A DNA stretch of 64,000 nucleotides from Bigelowiella natans CCMP2755 (Eukaryota > Protista > Cercozoa), in NCBI GenBank assembly GCA_000320545.1, contig ADNK01000772.1, positions 1-64,000 on the forward strand, written 5' to 3'. Below the pieces are notes generated by a model. That model had not been told where the DNA came from, did no database searches, and saw only the letters and a list, made by a program, of their open reading frames with translations. The position numbers and the translations under genes are program-made. Every line of letters starts with the position of its first letter. Position 1 is the first letter of the stretch. Positions 1-14,234 of this stretch are shown one piece after another.

Positions 1-99
1 CCCCCCCCCCCCCCACACACATATGCATTATCACGTGTCACAAGCGTGCACCCATATGATTGCCAATACCCACCACTCACGTGCCCCTACTACTACTAC

Positions 100-1013
100 T
101 CAAGTATTCTGAAGCCATATGCGATGATGTTGCGAAGGATCTCGGGCCACAGACGGTCCTGCCGTCCGTAATCGTCCCCTTTCCTTCCTACGATTGACAT
201 TGGTCACAGATAGCAGATACTATTTGCTCTGAGGGGGAGAAGGAAGGAAGAGTGGTGCTGCCTTGTTGTGTTTAAAGAGTTCCCTCAAAAGCTCTTTCAA
301 CCGCCGACATAATAGTCATCATCAGCACCATCATTATTTTGGTCATTATCATCATACTTATAAATAGTATATCACCCAGTATCCAGCAAACTGCTAGGTA
401 TGGGAGGAGACGTAATACATATAGAATGGAATGAGCCATCGACAGCGGCCTTTTGGTAGTAGTAGTAGGTGTAGTAGTAGTAGTAGTAGTGTCGTACAGA
501 AGAGTGTAAGGACAGAATGTACGAATAAGAACTTTGCACCAGAGCTTCATGATCATCAGCAAACACACTGAGTAGGTCAACAGTACACGTGCATTGCTAT
601 ATTAAAATTTGTGATTTCCTTCCTCCTCCCAACATGTTCATCGTCGTTATTTTGGTGAACATCATACAGATGCGATCTCGGTGGCCTCGTCCGACAGGAA
701 AGAACCTTCCACGATATAATAGCACATTATTAGAAGGATGCAATTACTCAATTATTCAATGATCAAAACCCGACGGCACAGCGGCTTGATGACTCCCCAC
801 CACCCACCACCCACCAAGCACGCCAACGAACCACATGCTGAAGTACGAAAACCAGCAGCCCCATCTGTACAGCTGAGGAGAAAGAGAAGAAGCATCTTAG
901 GAAACGATAGAAACTAAACACTCGTAAGCGTATCGTTATTTCTCCCCTCATTCCCTAACATGCAAGCAATCAGTGCCACCCGCATTGCCGAGAGCTCGGA
1001 GCTCGGAGGCCAT
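100..1013 (-). CDS. Putative multi-exon gene of unknown product, running off the left edge
   Basis: Short open exon-like blocks between microsatellite introns on the minus strand (e.g. AAVDGSFHSICITSPPIPSSLLDT, RKGDDYGRQDRLWPEILRNIIAYGF). No family motif recognised; boundaries approximate. Confidence 0.35.
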
Positions 1014-1362
1014 TTTGGGAAAGGTCTGGAGATGCCTAGATTTTTTGTTAGTTTTTCCGTTTTTCCCAAGAAAACCCAAGTCGTTCAATGAAAATCCAAA
1101 GGATTTCCTGATTTCAGGCTCATGCCGTTTCCCAAAGAGATCCGAGGCATATGCGAGTGGATCGCGTTTCAAGCCCAAGATATCTGGTGATATTGCTTTG
1201 ATCAGTTCCGATGTACTTCCGAAGTCGTTCGATCAGTTCCTCGAAGTCGCTTTCATATTTAGATATTTAATGCTTTAAAAATTTTCTACGTGGACTAGAA
1301 AAAGGGTGCAGAGAATCGTACAGAAAGAACAGAAAGCTTACTCATTGCGGGCTGGTGGATGG

Positions 1363-2807
1363 ATGCGCGGAGGAGGGCCCCACCACCGCCGCCGCCGTCG
1401 CCACCGCCCGCCCACCCTCTTCGGACAGTCCCTCCGCACTAAGAACTTTGGCCTTCTCATCGTCGCATTTGCTGCATGTAGCACTTTTGGCTGCTGCTGC
1501 TGGTACCTCTCATGTATGCGGAGCATCCGTGTTGTTGGTGATTGTGGTCTTGGCGCTGGGTTCCTGCCAGGGAGCAGCCCCTCTATGGTGCCTGCGCCGA
1601 TAACAGCAGCAACAGGTAGGAGGATTCTTTTTCACGAGGCTAGGGTCTTATCATCAATGTAACCTTTGAGGGCGAGAAGAATCGCTCCAGGAATGTAGTA
1701 GTATGCGCGCCTTTGTTAACGATTTACCTCAATAGTATGTTATCAACGAACGGCTTTCCTTACTATGATCTTATAGGCTCTCTGAAGCAGCAGCAGCAGC
1801 ATCATCATCATGCCGGAAGCCCCCTTCCACGTAGAGTCGAGACTGGTGCTACTTTCGGCGAAGGGGGAGGGCACATGGCGGATTCGGCTACGAAACGCAC
1901 GGGAGAGGATGACGATGATGATGATAACGACGTAGAAATGAAGGTGAAGGAAGAGCTGGGACAAGGGAACGACGTAAATAGATCCACGAACCAGCAAATT
2001 CTCAGCAAAACCGACGACAGAGGCATCCAGACAGCACCCCCCTGCATAACATCTACTGCTACGATAGAGAACGGGGCTGATTCTCATGCTGGTGGTAGTC
2101 ACGAAGATCGCGAGGGCGAAACTAATACTATCGAAAGAGGGAGAGGAGGAACAGAAGAAGGAGTGAAGGGAGGGGCACCATGTGATGAAAATAAGAGCAA
2201 GAGGGAGCCTGATTGGTATGGCTGTGAGTACAGCTGCGGCTACGGTATTATTCATCAATCATACTACTAATACTACTAATAGTAGCAGTAGCAGTTGTAG
2301 TAGGCAGATTTATGGACAACGACGTAGTTGTTCTCAGCAGGGCAGTAGCCAACCTGAGCTTTCGGTGGAACAATAAATTGAGAATCGCCGTGATGGAATC
2401 ATGCGAACATCATCATCAGCAATCATCATCATCATCATCGTCGTCGTCGTCGTCGTCAACATATATCTTTTTATTCAGTGGGGACGTACACAGAAACACG
2501 GATCCATGAGATTTTTTGCTATAAGAAGAAGGTCATTCAGTTGAGGAACAGTGTGTGTAAATATGTAGCAGAATCCACATGCATTTCACAGCAGCCACAC
2601 AGGCAAAGAAAGAGGATGATCAACATGCATATGTATGTGCATTGATTTTATCACCGCCCTTATCATAGGTTGACCCCTTCATGGTAGAAGGGCGTCAGAG
2701 CGTGTACGTACATATCGAAAGCTGCAGGGCGTATTCGGTCGTGTCGCAGGTGGAACGAAGGAGTTGTGTGTGATTCTCGTAAACATATTCAATTCTCCTA
2801 TTTTAAA

Positions 2808-2864
<57 letters not shown>

Positions 2865-3601
2865 TGTGTGGTAATTCAAGGCACGACGATTGAAGAGGTT
2901 GATTCAAAACAAGCTTCCGGTAGTAAATGTTACTACTCGCTGTAGTCGCTATTTTAGGATTCACACATCATCCATGGCATGCCATGGCGAAGCCATCACT
3001 GTCATGACGAAATCATCAATCATCAATCATCAATCATCATCGTCGTCGTCGTCACAGTACTAACAATATGTTGTGTTACAGTACTCGAAAGTGGACATCA
3101 ATAAGAGGTGCGTCGATAAACAGCCAAGGGAAGGAGTATTTGAGGTAGTACTACAGAAACAGCGCTAACTGAGGATTGTAGCCATCACGATGATGGTCAT
3201 GCTTCTCCCCTCCGTGTATTAGTACTGGATGATCTGACTATCATGCGTGTCAAGGGACACTGATGATGATGATAATACCAAAACAGGATTGTCTTTTTCC
3301 ACAAACGCTACAAATCGATGCCCCTCCCTCCCTCCCTTGGTTCCTTCCCTCCCCCTTCTGAACATACGCTCTCAGATCGTCACCAACGGCGACGTTCTCT
3401 TCAGTCTGCAGAATCTAGCCCCGCCCTACACGGTGCGTAAAAAAGAGAAGAAGTGGTGGGGGGGGGGAGTTGCTGTTCGGCACGACATCACCTGCTTATC
3501 CCTCCTCCTCGTTCTCTTCCTTGTTTCTTCTCTTCTTGCTCTTTCTTCAGTGGTTTGTTAGGGAGTTTGATATGGAGGAGCTGGCCGACGATATAGTACA
3601 G

Positions 3602-3635
<34 letters not shown>

Positions 3636-5297
3636 GTAGTAGTAGTAATAGTAGCAGTAGTAGCGGTAGTAGCGGTAGAAGCAGTGAGAGCTAGTGGACA
3701 GTTGAGTCTTCTTTGTTGCATTTTGTTCCGTTGGAAATGATGATAATAACAATAATGATGTGGCCTTCTTTATTATTGTTATTATTATTATTATTATTAT
3801 TCATCTCCCTATTCTCCCTTCTGTCCACCCTCTCTCCCTCTATTTCTTCTGCTCCTTCCTTCCACAAAAAAAAGGCATTAACAGACGAGGGAGGGGAAAG
3901 CCCGACAGAGGTCTTTATTTTGACGAATCTCTCGATACGTTATCATAACATAATTCATTAGCCGCGATTGACGCGGTAGCACACGTGTTGTGGCGATGAA
4001 AAATACCTACTTACTGTGCGTTAAAACCAGGGCGACTATCAGCTGATGCTAGCACAGAGGGAGTCAAGGTGTACGCCGTCGCGCGCGATTGGCCCTGATG
4101 ATTGTATCCTATGCTTAATTGCGAGTTCTCCGTTCTCCTCCTCCACCTTGCTGATGACTGTGCGACGATGCACGTGTGGCTTTTGTTGGCTTGTTATTCA
4201 GGCCTACGCCGTATCTGTGCATGTACTGCGGCCGCGATTTTTTGTCAGCAGATATCCTCAGGATACACATGGTGGGATGAGCACGATAATGGATGATGGA
4301 TGATGGATGATGATGATGATGATGTATGAGCTGGCTTCCTCTTCCCTGTTGTTGTTGTTGTCGTTGTTATTGTTATTGCGATATAGAAAGCACGGCATCG
4401 GTTATTGACAGTTATGGGACAGACGATATTAGTTTGGCCGTTCCAACCCTCTTCTGATTCTCTTCCCTCTCAGCATCTCTTTGCTCCCTACTCTCCTTTA
4501 CGTGCGTGTTTTTGTGCATTATTTACTATCTGAGCAGAGGGTTCATAGTCACTTCAAAAGCTTTAAATGCCAGATATGCTTCAAGGTAGTAAGTAGCAGT
4601 AGTAGTAGTAGTAGCAGCAGCAGTAGAATCGGTGGTGGTAACCTATCTATGTGGCTTTTATTCGATGCGTTGAGAGATACTCTGTGACGGTCCTAAAGGC
4701 AATGGATGAATGAATTATGGGATCTTGAGCTGATTCGTCTGTCTCTCTTCTCCCCTCTCCTCCTCCAGGCCTTTTGCTACAATCTAGTGCTTCAAGCTCA
4801 TCTCCGGGTGCAGTCCGTAGTTCTTTATTATCCCCTCCACTATCTATCTTCTCCTGACGTCTCCATCGCTCGCAGAACTATAGTTTATTCTTGTGTTCCG
4901 GAATAAAGAAATATTTCACCAAAATATGTATAGTTTATACGTATCTATATTCATAATTGTCATCATCATCACTACCACCACCACCACCACCACCACCATT
5001 CGTCGCAGCATCATATAGGCTGCCAAGTCATCCCTTTTGTTCATCATCAAACTCCCCCCTCCAGTCCCACCCCTTGTGCAAGCCATTCCGCTGTGATTTC
5101 TGTGGGAAACTCTTCGTGTCAGCTGATGGTAGTGTTCGCAATTCGAGCGACGACTTAGTAGGGGGGGGGTGGAGGAGGGGGGGGGTATGGGAAAAGCTTG
5201 TAATGATGCTTGACACAGTTGCTGCTGCTGCTGCTGCGTAAGCACGCACATATCTACTAGATCTCTTCTTTCATGAACATACAAAGCATAACCATGG

Positions 5298-5337
<40 letters not shown>

Positions 5338-5476
5338 GCATGTGTTGTTGTTGTTGTTGTTGTTGTGTAGTTGCATTGTTGCCTAAACTACTCTTTCAAT
5401 ATATCAGACCTAAGTACACACCTGCGCACTCATACGATCGATAGGAAGTACAAGTGCGAGTTATGCGGTATCTATG

Positions 5477-5510
<34 letters not shown>

Positions 5511-6262
5511 CGCTAGAAGGAACTCTGCTGTTTACTATGCTCATTGTTATGTCTTCTTCTTTTCCATAAAATGATGATAATGATGATGATGAGGAGGAGG
5601 AGGAGGAGGGACTTGGGAGACTTCACACCAGCTAAATCAAATTTGGTCAGTGCAGCTCCTGCACACTCACGCACCCATTCTCCTCCTCCTCTTCCTTTCT
5701 CTCCTCCATTCCCCATCACATCGATCGCTCCTAGGCAAACCCTTCAACCAATTCGGCATGAAGCGTGCTCACTATCTCACCCACAAGGTACTACTACTAG
5801 TACTACTAGTAGTAAAGGGGCTGTCACCGCAGCAGCAGCAGCAGCAATAACACGCGACTGGCTAGCTATTGCTGCATCGTCACGTTTTGTAGCCCTCCCT
5901 ATTCAAGCTTGCACACCCCCCCCTCCCCCTCCTTTCTTTAGGGACACTATCCGTTCATGTGCGAGGTCTGCGGCCGCACCTTTCCGCGGGTATTGTCTAT
6001 ATATATATTATGTATACATATATTATAGAAGATATTTAGAGTGGTGAATCGTCAATCGTAGAAAAATACTACTATGTAAATTGTAGTCGCTTTGTCTATA
6101 TCGAGAATCATAAGCTATACTTTTGTGATGCTGGTTGATCTTTCCGTACTGCTGCGTTCCCCTTCCTCCTGTTTATGGACCTTATAGATTGTAGAATACG
6201 AGTTCCACCATCGGGAGTGCCGTCGCTGGAGCAGCAGCGCGCACTATTACACGTCGTCATAA
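1363..6262 (+). CDS. Multi-exon protein: hydrophobic N-terminal presequence, C2HC finger, SelH/Rdx-like domain and five tandem C2H2/C2HC zinc fingers
   Basis: Phase-consistent GT-AG exon chain (1363-1615, 1777-2244, 2479-2531, 2669-2749, 2881-2919, 3082-..., 4538-4585, 4769-4807, ..., 6188-6262). Gives CEYSCGYVGTYTETRIHEIFC; VHIESCRAY...PREGVFEI...APPYTWFVREFDMEELADDIV; YLCMYC..HMRVH, FKCQIC..HLRSH, FRCDFC..HLRTH, YKCELC..HYLTH, FMCEVC..HHREC. Confidence 0.8.
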
Positions 6263-6985
6263 ATGATAATATTAATAAGTGAGTTGTCTCGTTAAGATGT
6301 TGGATGATTTTTCGTTGACTGGCTGGTATGCAGGGGTTGCGAGATCCTTGATTTGTGTATGCTTATAATAAAGAGTACATCCATGCACGCAGGTGTCTAT
6401 GCACTTGTGAGACGAATATACAATGAAGAGATTACATTTTTCAATAGTCATACTGATGTAGCTGTGCGCTTTGTGCTTGGTGCATTTATTGTAAAACTAG
6501 CATGACAGTTTACATTCATACCCACAACATGTAGTACTTGTCGCAGTGTTCGTTCATCTGGCAATGCAAAAGACATCCTGATACATTTGCATGCGGATGT
6601 CTAGATGTCTAGTGTGGCACAAGATACGCTATGGCGAAATGTTATGTGTTTGGTTTGATGATGCGCTAGGTGCGAGCACAACCGCTGGTATGCGAGTGCC
6701 ATGCACATGATTCAGATGTGCGTGTAGCAGTTGCTATCGACAAGGAGGAATGTGTGCGTTTCTGCGACAGCCTATGCATACAACTAAAGAAATGTGCTAA
6801 TGCATGTATATCGCCATAGTACTCTGTATAATGTAAATAGTTGTCTTATTTGTACATGAAGAGAACACATACTTGGATCGATCGCTCCTATAGGAAAATC
6901 CAGCTACGCTTACTCCTTCAGCATCGTTACAAATGACATCTGCCTGGCATGCTACACTCGCTCGCCACCGCACGTCTATTGTCGT

Positions 6986-7622
6986 TTATGGCTGTGTTGA
7001 GAAAGAGGGGAAGGCCTTCGTTCCTTTCTCATACTGCAGCCAGTTATCAGGTGAATACGCACATTCTCCATCGATCTGTTGTCGTACAAAAAGAGAGCCA
7101 ATGTGAATGGGAAGAAGTGATCGAGCAGTTTGGAGGAAGCACTGTCTTCATAATTCGCAATACGCTCTTAGCTACACCTCTCACCACTATATACGTGCTA
7201 CTGCTACTACTACTACTACTACTACCATCACCACCACTACCACATGGATCATCAGTGCGTGTCGCGAGCGGCCGCTGTGGTTCTTGTCGCTCCAGTGGAC
7301 AACCTGCCCGTGCAGGATGACCTAGAATCACGACAAATGGAACGAGATGAAGAACAAACGCTCAAGTTGATACCGAGTGATTAAGAGAGAGCGATATAGG
7401 TAGGATGGTTGTTGGAAGGGGGTGGAAGGAAGGGAAGGGGGGGGGGGGGGGGGGGGGAAAACAAAACGCCAGCTTTGGTAGGAATGGGGACTCCACCTTG
7501 CGTTGAAAGACTCTCCTGAGATATTATTAAAGATAGCATCTTATTATCAGCAGCAGCAGCACAATCACCAGCAGAAAAATAAACAAATTTGAATAGCACG
7601 TGCACACACACTCACACACACA

Positions 7623-7666
<44 letters not shown>

Positions 7667-7858
7667 GTATAATAACACATACTACGTGAATGGTGCCTAC
7701 CTCGGTTTTGTCAAAAGGTACGATTTTTAAGGTCGGTTGTTGGTGCTCACGCTTTCCTTCTGGTTTTGAGATAATATCCCACATTAAATATTAGCAAAAG
7801 AGAACACTGTTGTTATCATCGCTTTTTACTACTTTTTAATATATAAATATATATATTT

Positions 7859-7911
<53 letters not shown>

Positions 7912-8554
7912 TCAAAACACCACGACACAAGATGCGTCTTCCCGAGTTTTGCTCGCATAACGAATTTTGATGGTGGTTGTTGTTGTTGTTGTCATCATTC
8001 TTCGATATCGTATTATCGACCTCTCCTCTCCCTCCACCCTCTTCACACACCGAATAATACCAACACGTACTACTATTTGCCACCAACTAAGCCTTGGATG
8101 ATGATGATGATGATGATGATGATTTCTCCGCACCTTCTGCATTAAACGGGGTCGATCGGATGAATCTTTCTTGGAGAGCAGTGCTGCTTTGAGATCTGGA
8201 CAAGACAACAACAACGACAACGAGAAGAAGAGAAGAAGAAGAAGAAGAAGAAGATTCGAGCAACGTGTTGGTGGTAAGTAAATAGGTAGGTAAGTAGGTG
8301 CTTATTAAATGAGGAGGCGGATAATAGAAGACATGATGCGAATTATTCTCCTCCTCCTCCTCCTCCTCCTCCTTCTTCTTCTTCTTCTTCTTCTTCTTCT
8401 TCTTCTCTCCTCAATCGCAGCGCTCTGCACTGTGCATCACCCGTAGAGAATCGTGATGGGGACGGATCATGATTACCAACATCCGATATGAAGATAATCA
8501 TGATCATTCACCATCTGGGCGGCGATGATATTTATAAATATGTAAATATACAAT

Positions 8555-8585
<31 letters not shown>

Positions 8586-9578
8586 CATATATGCGAAATC
8601 ATTTTGAGTGGAGCCAATGAGAAAGATCTCGATGATTTTTGACCAGCAGCATTTCCTCTGCTGCACGGAGAAAATCATCGTTGCTTTCTGATGATTCACC
8701 ATGATCTCTCGGGAAAGATCGAAGAGCAGGAGAACAAATAGAACAGTACAAAATCATCGGCATCATCCTCATCTCTGGACGCTCGATTAGCACGCACAAA
8801 ACAAGAAGAAGAAGAAGAAGAAAAAGAAGAAGAAGAAGAAGACTACCCAGGAATGACCCACAGGCATCCATTTTCCTCATCCGCAGTATCGACTGATAGC
8901 CACAATCCATGCACCGATGGCCTTTTCACCGACAACATAGTTTTGTTTTTAGAAGACAGCGCATAAAATACGAGCGAGAAGACTTTCGAGAAATGCACGC
9001 GAGCACACGCACGCACATTCATCTGTGTATATGGTAGTAATGGGGTCGATATTACGGGTCTGTGTAAAGAAAAGTTGAGTCCTGATGCGGGCCTACCTCT
9101 CCGCCTGAAAGTAGTTTCAATACAATTAAGGGTGCGCGCGCGCGCGTGTGTGTGTGTGTTCGTGTGTGTGTGTGTGTGCATGATCTGTGGCTATGCATCT
9201 TCTCTTTCTTCCCCCCCCCCCCCCCCCCCTCCACCCCATGCTTGCTGCATTGTAAAAGCTGCTGTCGTCGTCGTCTGCTGCTGCTACTACTGCTGGCACA
9301 CACCACCTGTTCTAGGGCTTTTGCAGATATACCTAACGAGGTCGAGAAATCGCCATCAGGTCATCAAAGAGTCACAATAGGATACTAGTTGTAGCTATCT
9401 CTGCTGCTGAGAGTTACAGAAGTTCGTGTTGTAGTCGTCGTCGTCGTCATTATCTATGTTGTCACGTAAATGTAAGATGGCGTTTCTTATCTACATGCTT
9501 TGCAAAGGAAGGGGGCGCTTCATCCCCAAGCTGTGAGCGACGCCGCTCAAGGTCTCACAGTACTCTAAGACAGTCGGT

Positions 9579-9616
<38 letters not shown>

Positions 9617-10948
9617 TCAGTGAGTACGTGGCAATCAATTTATATATGCGTGTTCGCGTATTGTTGTTGTTGTTGTTGTTGTTGCTGTTGTAAACAAAAG
9701 TACGAGGTACAAGAGCCTTAACATATTCACACAAACCACATGCATCTGTGTTTAACAAATTATACTAAATATCACATTTATGACAGTATATTAGCAGTAC
9801 AGAAAAGCTCGTGACAAAATGTCCTGCCTGTCTGAAACCACCATCCATCATACGATTGCCATGTGATTCAATGCTGTTGTGGTGGAGGGCTGTTGTTTAC
9901 CCTTGAAAACGTCGTCGTAAACGTGCAGCGCATGCCCTACCTGCAAGTTAAAGAGGAGGAGTTAGGATCAATCAGGACGGTGTTGACTGACTACCCACAG
10001 AATCATCTAAGTCATCACTTCGAGCAGCATATGACCACTATGACAGAACTAACGATACACTTCCCTAATGGGCCATCATCTCGCGTACCTTGTTGATGCA
10101 CTCTCTCTTCGGGAAACGAAGGGTTTTGCCGTCTTCTTCAAAGGCGTCAGCCTCCCAGAAGAATCGCACCTGTTGATACCGATGATGACGACGATGATGA
10201 TGATGATGATGATGATGATGTAGAAGTACAGGGGAGCTGAATAGAGGAGGCAAAGCAACAGTGTGTTCGTTCATCATGATCGTTACATGAAGGACCTTAT
10301 CTCCGGAATCCAGGAAGTACCGATCCTAAGTAGCAAAAGAAAGAAGAAATAGCGGTAGGATGATGAATGACATAGCAGCAGTCTCTCTGGTGAGAAATTG
10401 ATGGGGTCTAAGCTGCTCCATCTTTTTCTTGTGATGTTTGGCAAAACACGCAAAGGTTTGGTGTGCGCTTCAGGAGGGTGCCCGCCATCACCCGAACATG
10501 TCATAACTCAGCTTTCTCTTTCCCCAAGTCATCATCATAGACGCCCTGCCTCCCCCACCTGCAGGTCCCTGTCAGACTCATGCGTCGTGAATATTGAGCT
10601 AGAGGTTTCAGGGTCGAAGTCATCGATAAGTGTGTTCAGCCTTCCTCGAATCTCCTCGCACTTCGCCTCAGAGCAGAAATCCTTCACGACGAGAAAGCCG
10701 TTCTCCTATCGTGTACGGGGAGGGGGTATAAATGTGTATTAGCTAGGCGTGTGCCAATCTCCTCTTCATCAGCTGCTTCTTTTCCCCCTCTTCTATTGAC
10801 TGACCTGCAAGGAGATCTGATCTTCGACGGAGAGAGTTCTCAACCCTGAAAATGCATGCGTGGGGGCGCTGGGGATCCCTCTCTTCCCCTTCCTCCTCCT
10901 CGTAAGGCTGGCAATGCCCCTCCTCCTGATTCGTGTGAGCAGCATCAT
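6986..10948 (-). CDS. PHYHD1: Phytanoyl-CoA dioxygenase domain-containing protein (PhyH family, 2OG-Fe(II) oxygenase)
   Basis: Exons give ENGFLVVKDFCS, DRYFLDSGDK-VRFFWE, INK-VGHALH, GGEVGPHQDSTFLYTDP (HxD), GLWLSVDTADEENGCLWVIPG, ILHGQVVHWSDKNHSGRSRHA and YSPDNWLQ. Arg-rich N-terminal extension. Confidence 0.9.
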
Positions 10949-11211
10949 GTGAATGGGACGCCGCCGAGAACACGTCGATAGGAAGTCTTTTCCCCCCCGA
11001 TGTTCTTCGTAGTTTGAGGTGCACTGGGAGTTTCAACAAAGACAACACAAACAACACATAATCTAACCTTGAAGTTTTAGGTGTGATATTCTTCCGACTG
11101 TGAAATGCACTAGAAGTTCATTCAAAGACAACACAAACAACACAAAGCAAACTCGGCTGCCCCTCCTCTCCTCCTCGGAAGAAGAAGGGGTTGGGAACAG
11201 ATTCATAATTA

Positions 11212-11898
11212 ATGGGCGGGTTCTCGGGGCAGGTGTGACACATCTTACCCAACTGTACTATTCATAACTCTATACACACATACTACCCACGGGAGGCCAG
11301 ATATTTCGGTCCCCACGACTGCCCCGTTTTCCCCAGAACCAGTAATAAATATCTCCGAATCTGTCAAACCCTCACGTCCTCTCAGGAACATGAACTCCTG
11401 TGGAGAATAGCATGGCCAACAGCCTTACTCAGCGCTCTGTGCTGCCTCCTCATCCTATTTTTCTCCGTGCGTTTTAAGAGTAAGAAATGCACACATTGTT
11501 CGAAAACACACCTTCTAAATGCACGCCGGCAACTCACAACAGCGATGTTTGGTTGTTGTTGTTGACCTTTACAGCTTACAAGAGATTCTCACAAAAACTG
11601 ATCATTTTGATCGCAGCGAATGATCTCGGGCAAGCCGGTAATTACAGAGTACAAACGCATACAAACTAACTTTCCCACATTACTGTAGTTTCCTTACTCA
11701 GCAGTGAACAGTTATAATCGTCTAAACAGCAGCAGTCGAATTTATGATAATAGCTATGTGGTCGTCATTAAACTGGTGGTGTGGCTTTGTGTATCATCAT
11801 CATTGTCAAATGCAAAGAATCATCATCACCATCATCATTCAGTCTCGACTTTGATGGGGAAACGCGGAAAATGTAAAACCCGAGAAGATCATCATCAT

Positions 11899-11958
<60 letters not shown>

Positions 11959-12183
11959 AAAGGAGGGACAGCAGAAAGGGAGAAGTAGGAATAATGAGGA
12001 AAATCACCAAATAATGTAGACTCTCCGATTTCATTATCGTCATCCTTTTTATTCACTACCATCACCAACCAGCATCTCTTCTCCACCATGCAGACCCTAG
12101 GTCCTTTGGGTGTCAGCTCCAAGCTTATACGCAAGGGTAATGCTGTGCGAGATAATAATCAATGAAGATGATACCCAAACATA

Positions 12184-12214
<31 letters not shown>

Positions 12215-13571
12215 TTTATATATGTTATTGGCTGCCCGTATTATAATATAATCTTTTTTATGTGCTACGGTTGGATATGTTCCTAGATACTTCGGTCTCA
12301 CATCGATGCTGTGGTCCTGCTCTACGGCCTTCACCATGCACATGGTACATGCTGTTCGAATTAGTGAAGAAACGATGGAATTAGTGAGGTTATGATAAAA
12401 TACTACTATTGGAAAAAGGTCATCCTTGAGGGGCGGCTCTCCTACCGTGATGTTGTTCGGGGTAAGTAATCATAAAGAGTGGTGATAGCCGTAAGTAGAC
12501 AAGGAATAAGGACTGTATATAAATATATAGTGTTGTTTCTTACCGAAATATCATCTCGTCGAGCGGGCAGAGGATATGATGCTACATCACTATACAACTC
12601 ATCTCTTCACATCTCATCTATCTCTAAAAATCCATCAACAACCCACCTCTCTCTACTTGCTTCCTCCTACATAATACCCGTATTATTTACTTACTACTAC
12701 CACTACTACTACTATTAAATTGTAGGCCCGTACCTACGCAACTTCTTCATATTTTGCCAGGTGGTGGTGGTTTATAGCTTCGGTGTGAGACGACGCTGCA
12801 CATCTTTGTGTAAGATGTGCTTGCCGTCCATCATCATCATCATCATCATCATCATAATTATCGTCGTTCATCTAGCATAATCTTCTTCTTCTTCTTTTCC
12901 TCCATCCACACACTGATTGTTTGTTTCTCTCTCCGTAAAGATTGTTCCTGCTGTGATCTCGACGCTCCCATTCAGCACGGGAAGCTATGGGAACACTGGT
13001 GGGGTGGGGTTGTCGCCCTTTTTAGGGGGGGGGGGGGGGGGATACGAAATACATTCAAGTATTTAGGAGTAATAATGGTTATTGCATTTGATCATTCTCG
13101 TCGTTGTGTGTCGTTAGAGTCGATGTTCTTCTCATTATTGATTTGCTTGTGTTCTTCTTCCCCTCCCCAATCCTCGATCTTCCATCATCACCGTCATCGT
13201 CGTCATCATCATGGTTAAGGAGCGTGGTGCTGGGTGCAAGCACGGCCAGGGACTATTGACGATATCTGGAGACTTTTAGGGTCAGTAGTAGTAGTAGGTT
13301 AATATGTTTATATGGTGATGATGGATGTGTGCTAATGAAGGAAGAATACTACAAAACACACATTGAGTGAGTTCGTCTATTAGCTGCGATCACGGAGTAC
13401 TCCTCCCTCTCTCTTTCTCTCTCTCTCTCACTCACTCACTTAACGTTGCTTTGTCTCGTCGCCGTCATCGTCTCACATCCCGTATCAGGTTCTACATTTG
13501 GATATGGGTCGGAACAGCCTACTGCTGGTGAGTGTGTGTGTTATATATATATAGAGAGAGAAAGAAAAACA

Positions 13572-13614
<43 letters not shown>

Positions 13615-14188
13615 GGGAAGGATTATTGTTCTCCACACCCTCCATACTGCTACTACTACTAAAGGAAGAAATAGTGATCTCCCTGCTGCTGCTGAGTTGC
13701 TCCTCCTACTGCTGCTTCCAGGTACATTTGGATGCGTATGGAAAGGGCGCTCAGCCGCCTCTATAGGGATCCTTCGCTCTCTGCCCCCCTCTCCTTCAGT
13801 CAGTCGGTGAGTTGTTAGCACTACTACCACTACTACTGCTACTATAAGGTTGTAATACTAGTACGACTACGACAATAACAATAACTATCCTCGTAGAGGC
13901 TGTAATTCTTCCCTGCTCGTGCGAATTAGTAGTAGTGTGCTGCCATCACAACGATCGCCTCGCCTGACTGATTTTTTGCCTCTCCAGATAGGAGAAGAAG
14001 AAGGGGAGGAAGGAAGGAGGAGAGATACCAGGGAATATCGTGAAAATGATCATGATGATGATGATGATGGAGGTGAAGAGATGAAAGGCAGTGCTACGGC
14101 CATAAGCACCAGCAGCAGCAAGCAGCAGGAGAAAGTTTGTTGGGACTATTTAAAGGTAATCGTTCACTAGATTCTCTTTCTCTCTCTA

Positions 14189-14234
<46 letters not shown>

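Noticed and set aside
2669-2749. Selenocysteine UGA in the SelH-like domain
   Set aside because: The position reads TAT (CRAY). There is no in-frame TGA in the reconstructed exons.
11035-11147. Duplicated aaagacaacacaaacaacaca in the PHYHD1/GPCR divergent gap
   Set aside because: A short low-complexity local duplication; no support for a regulatory function.
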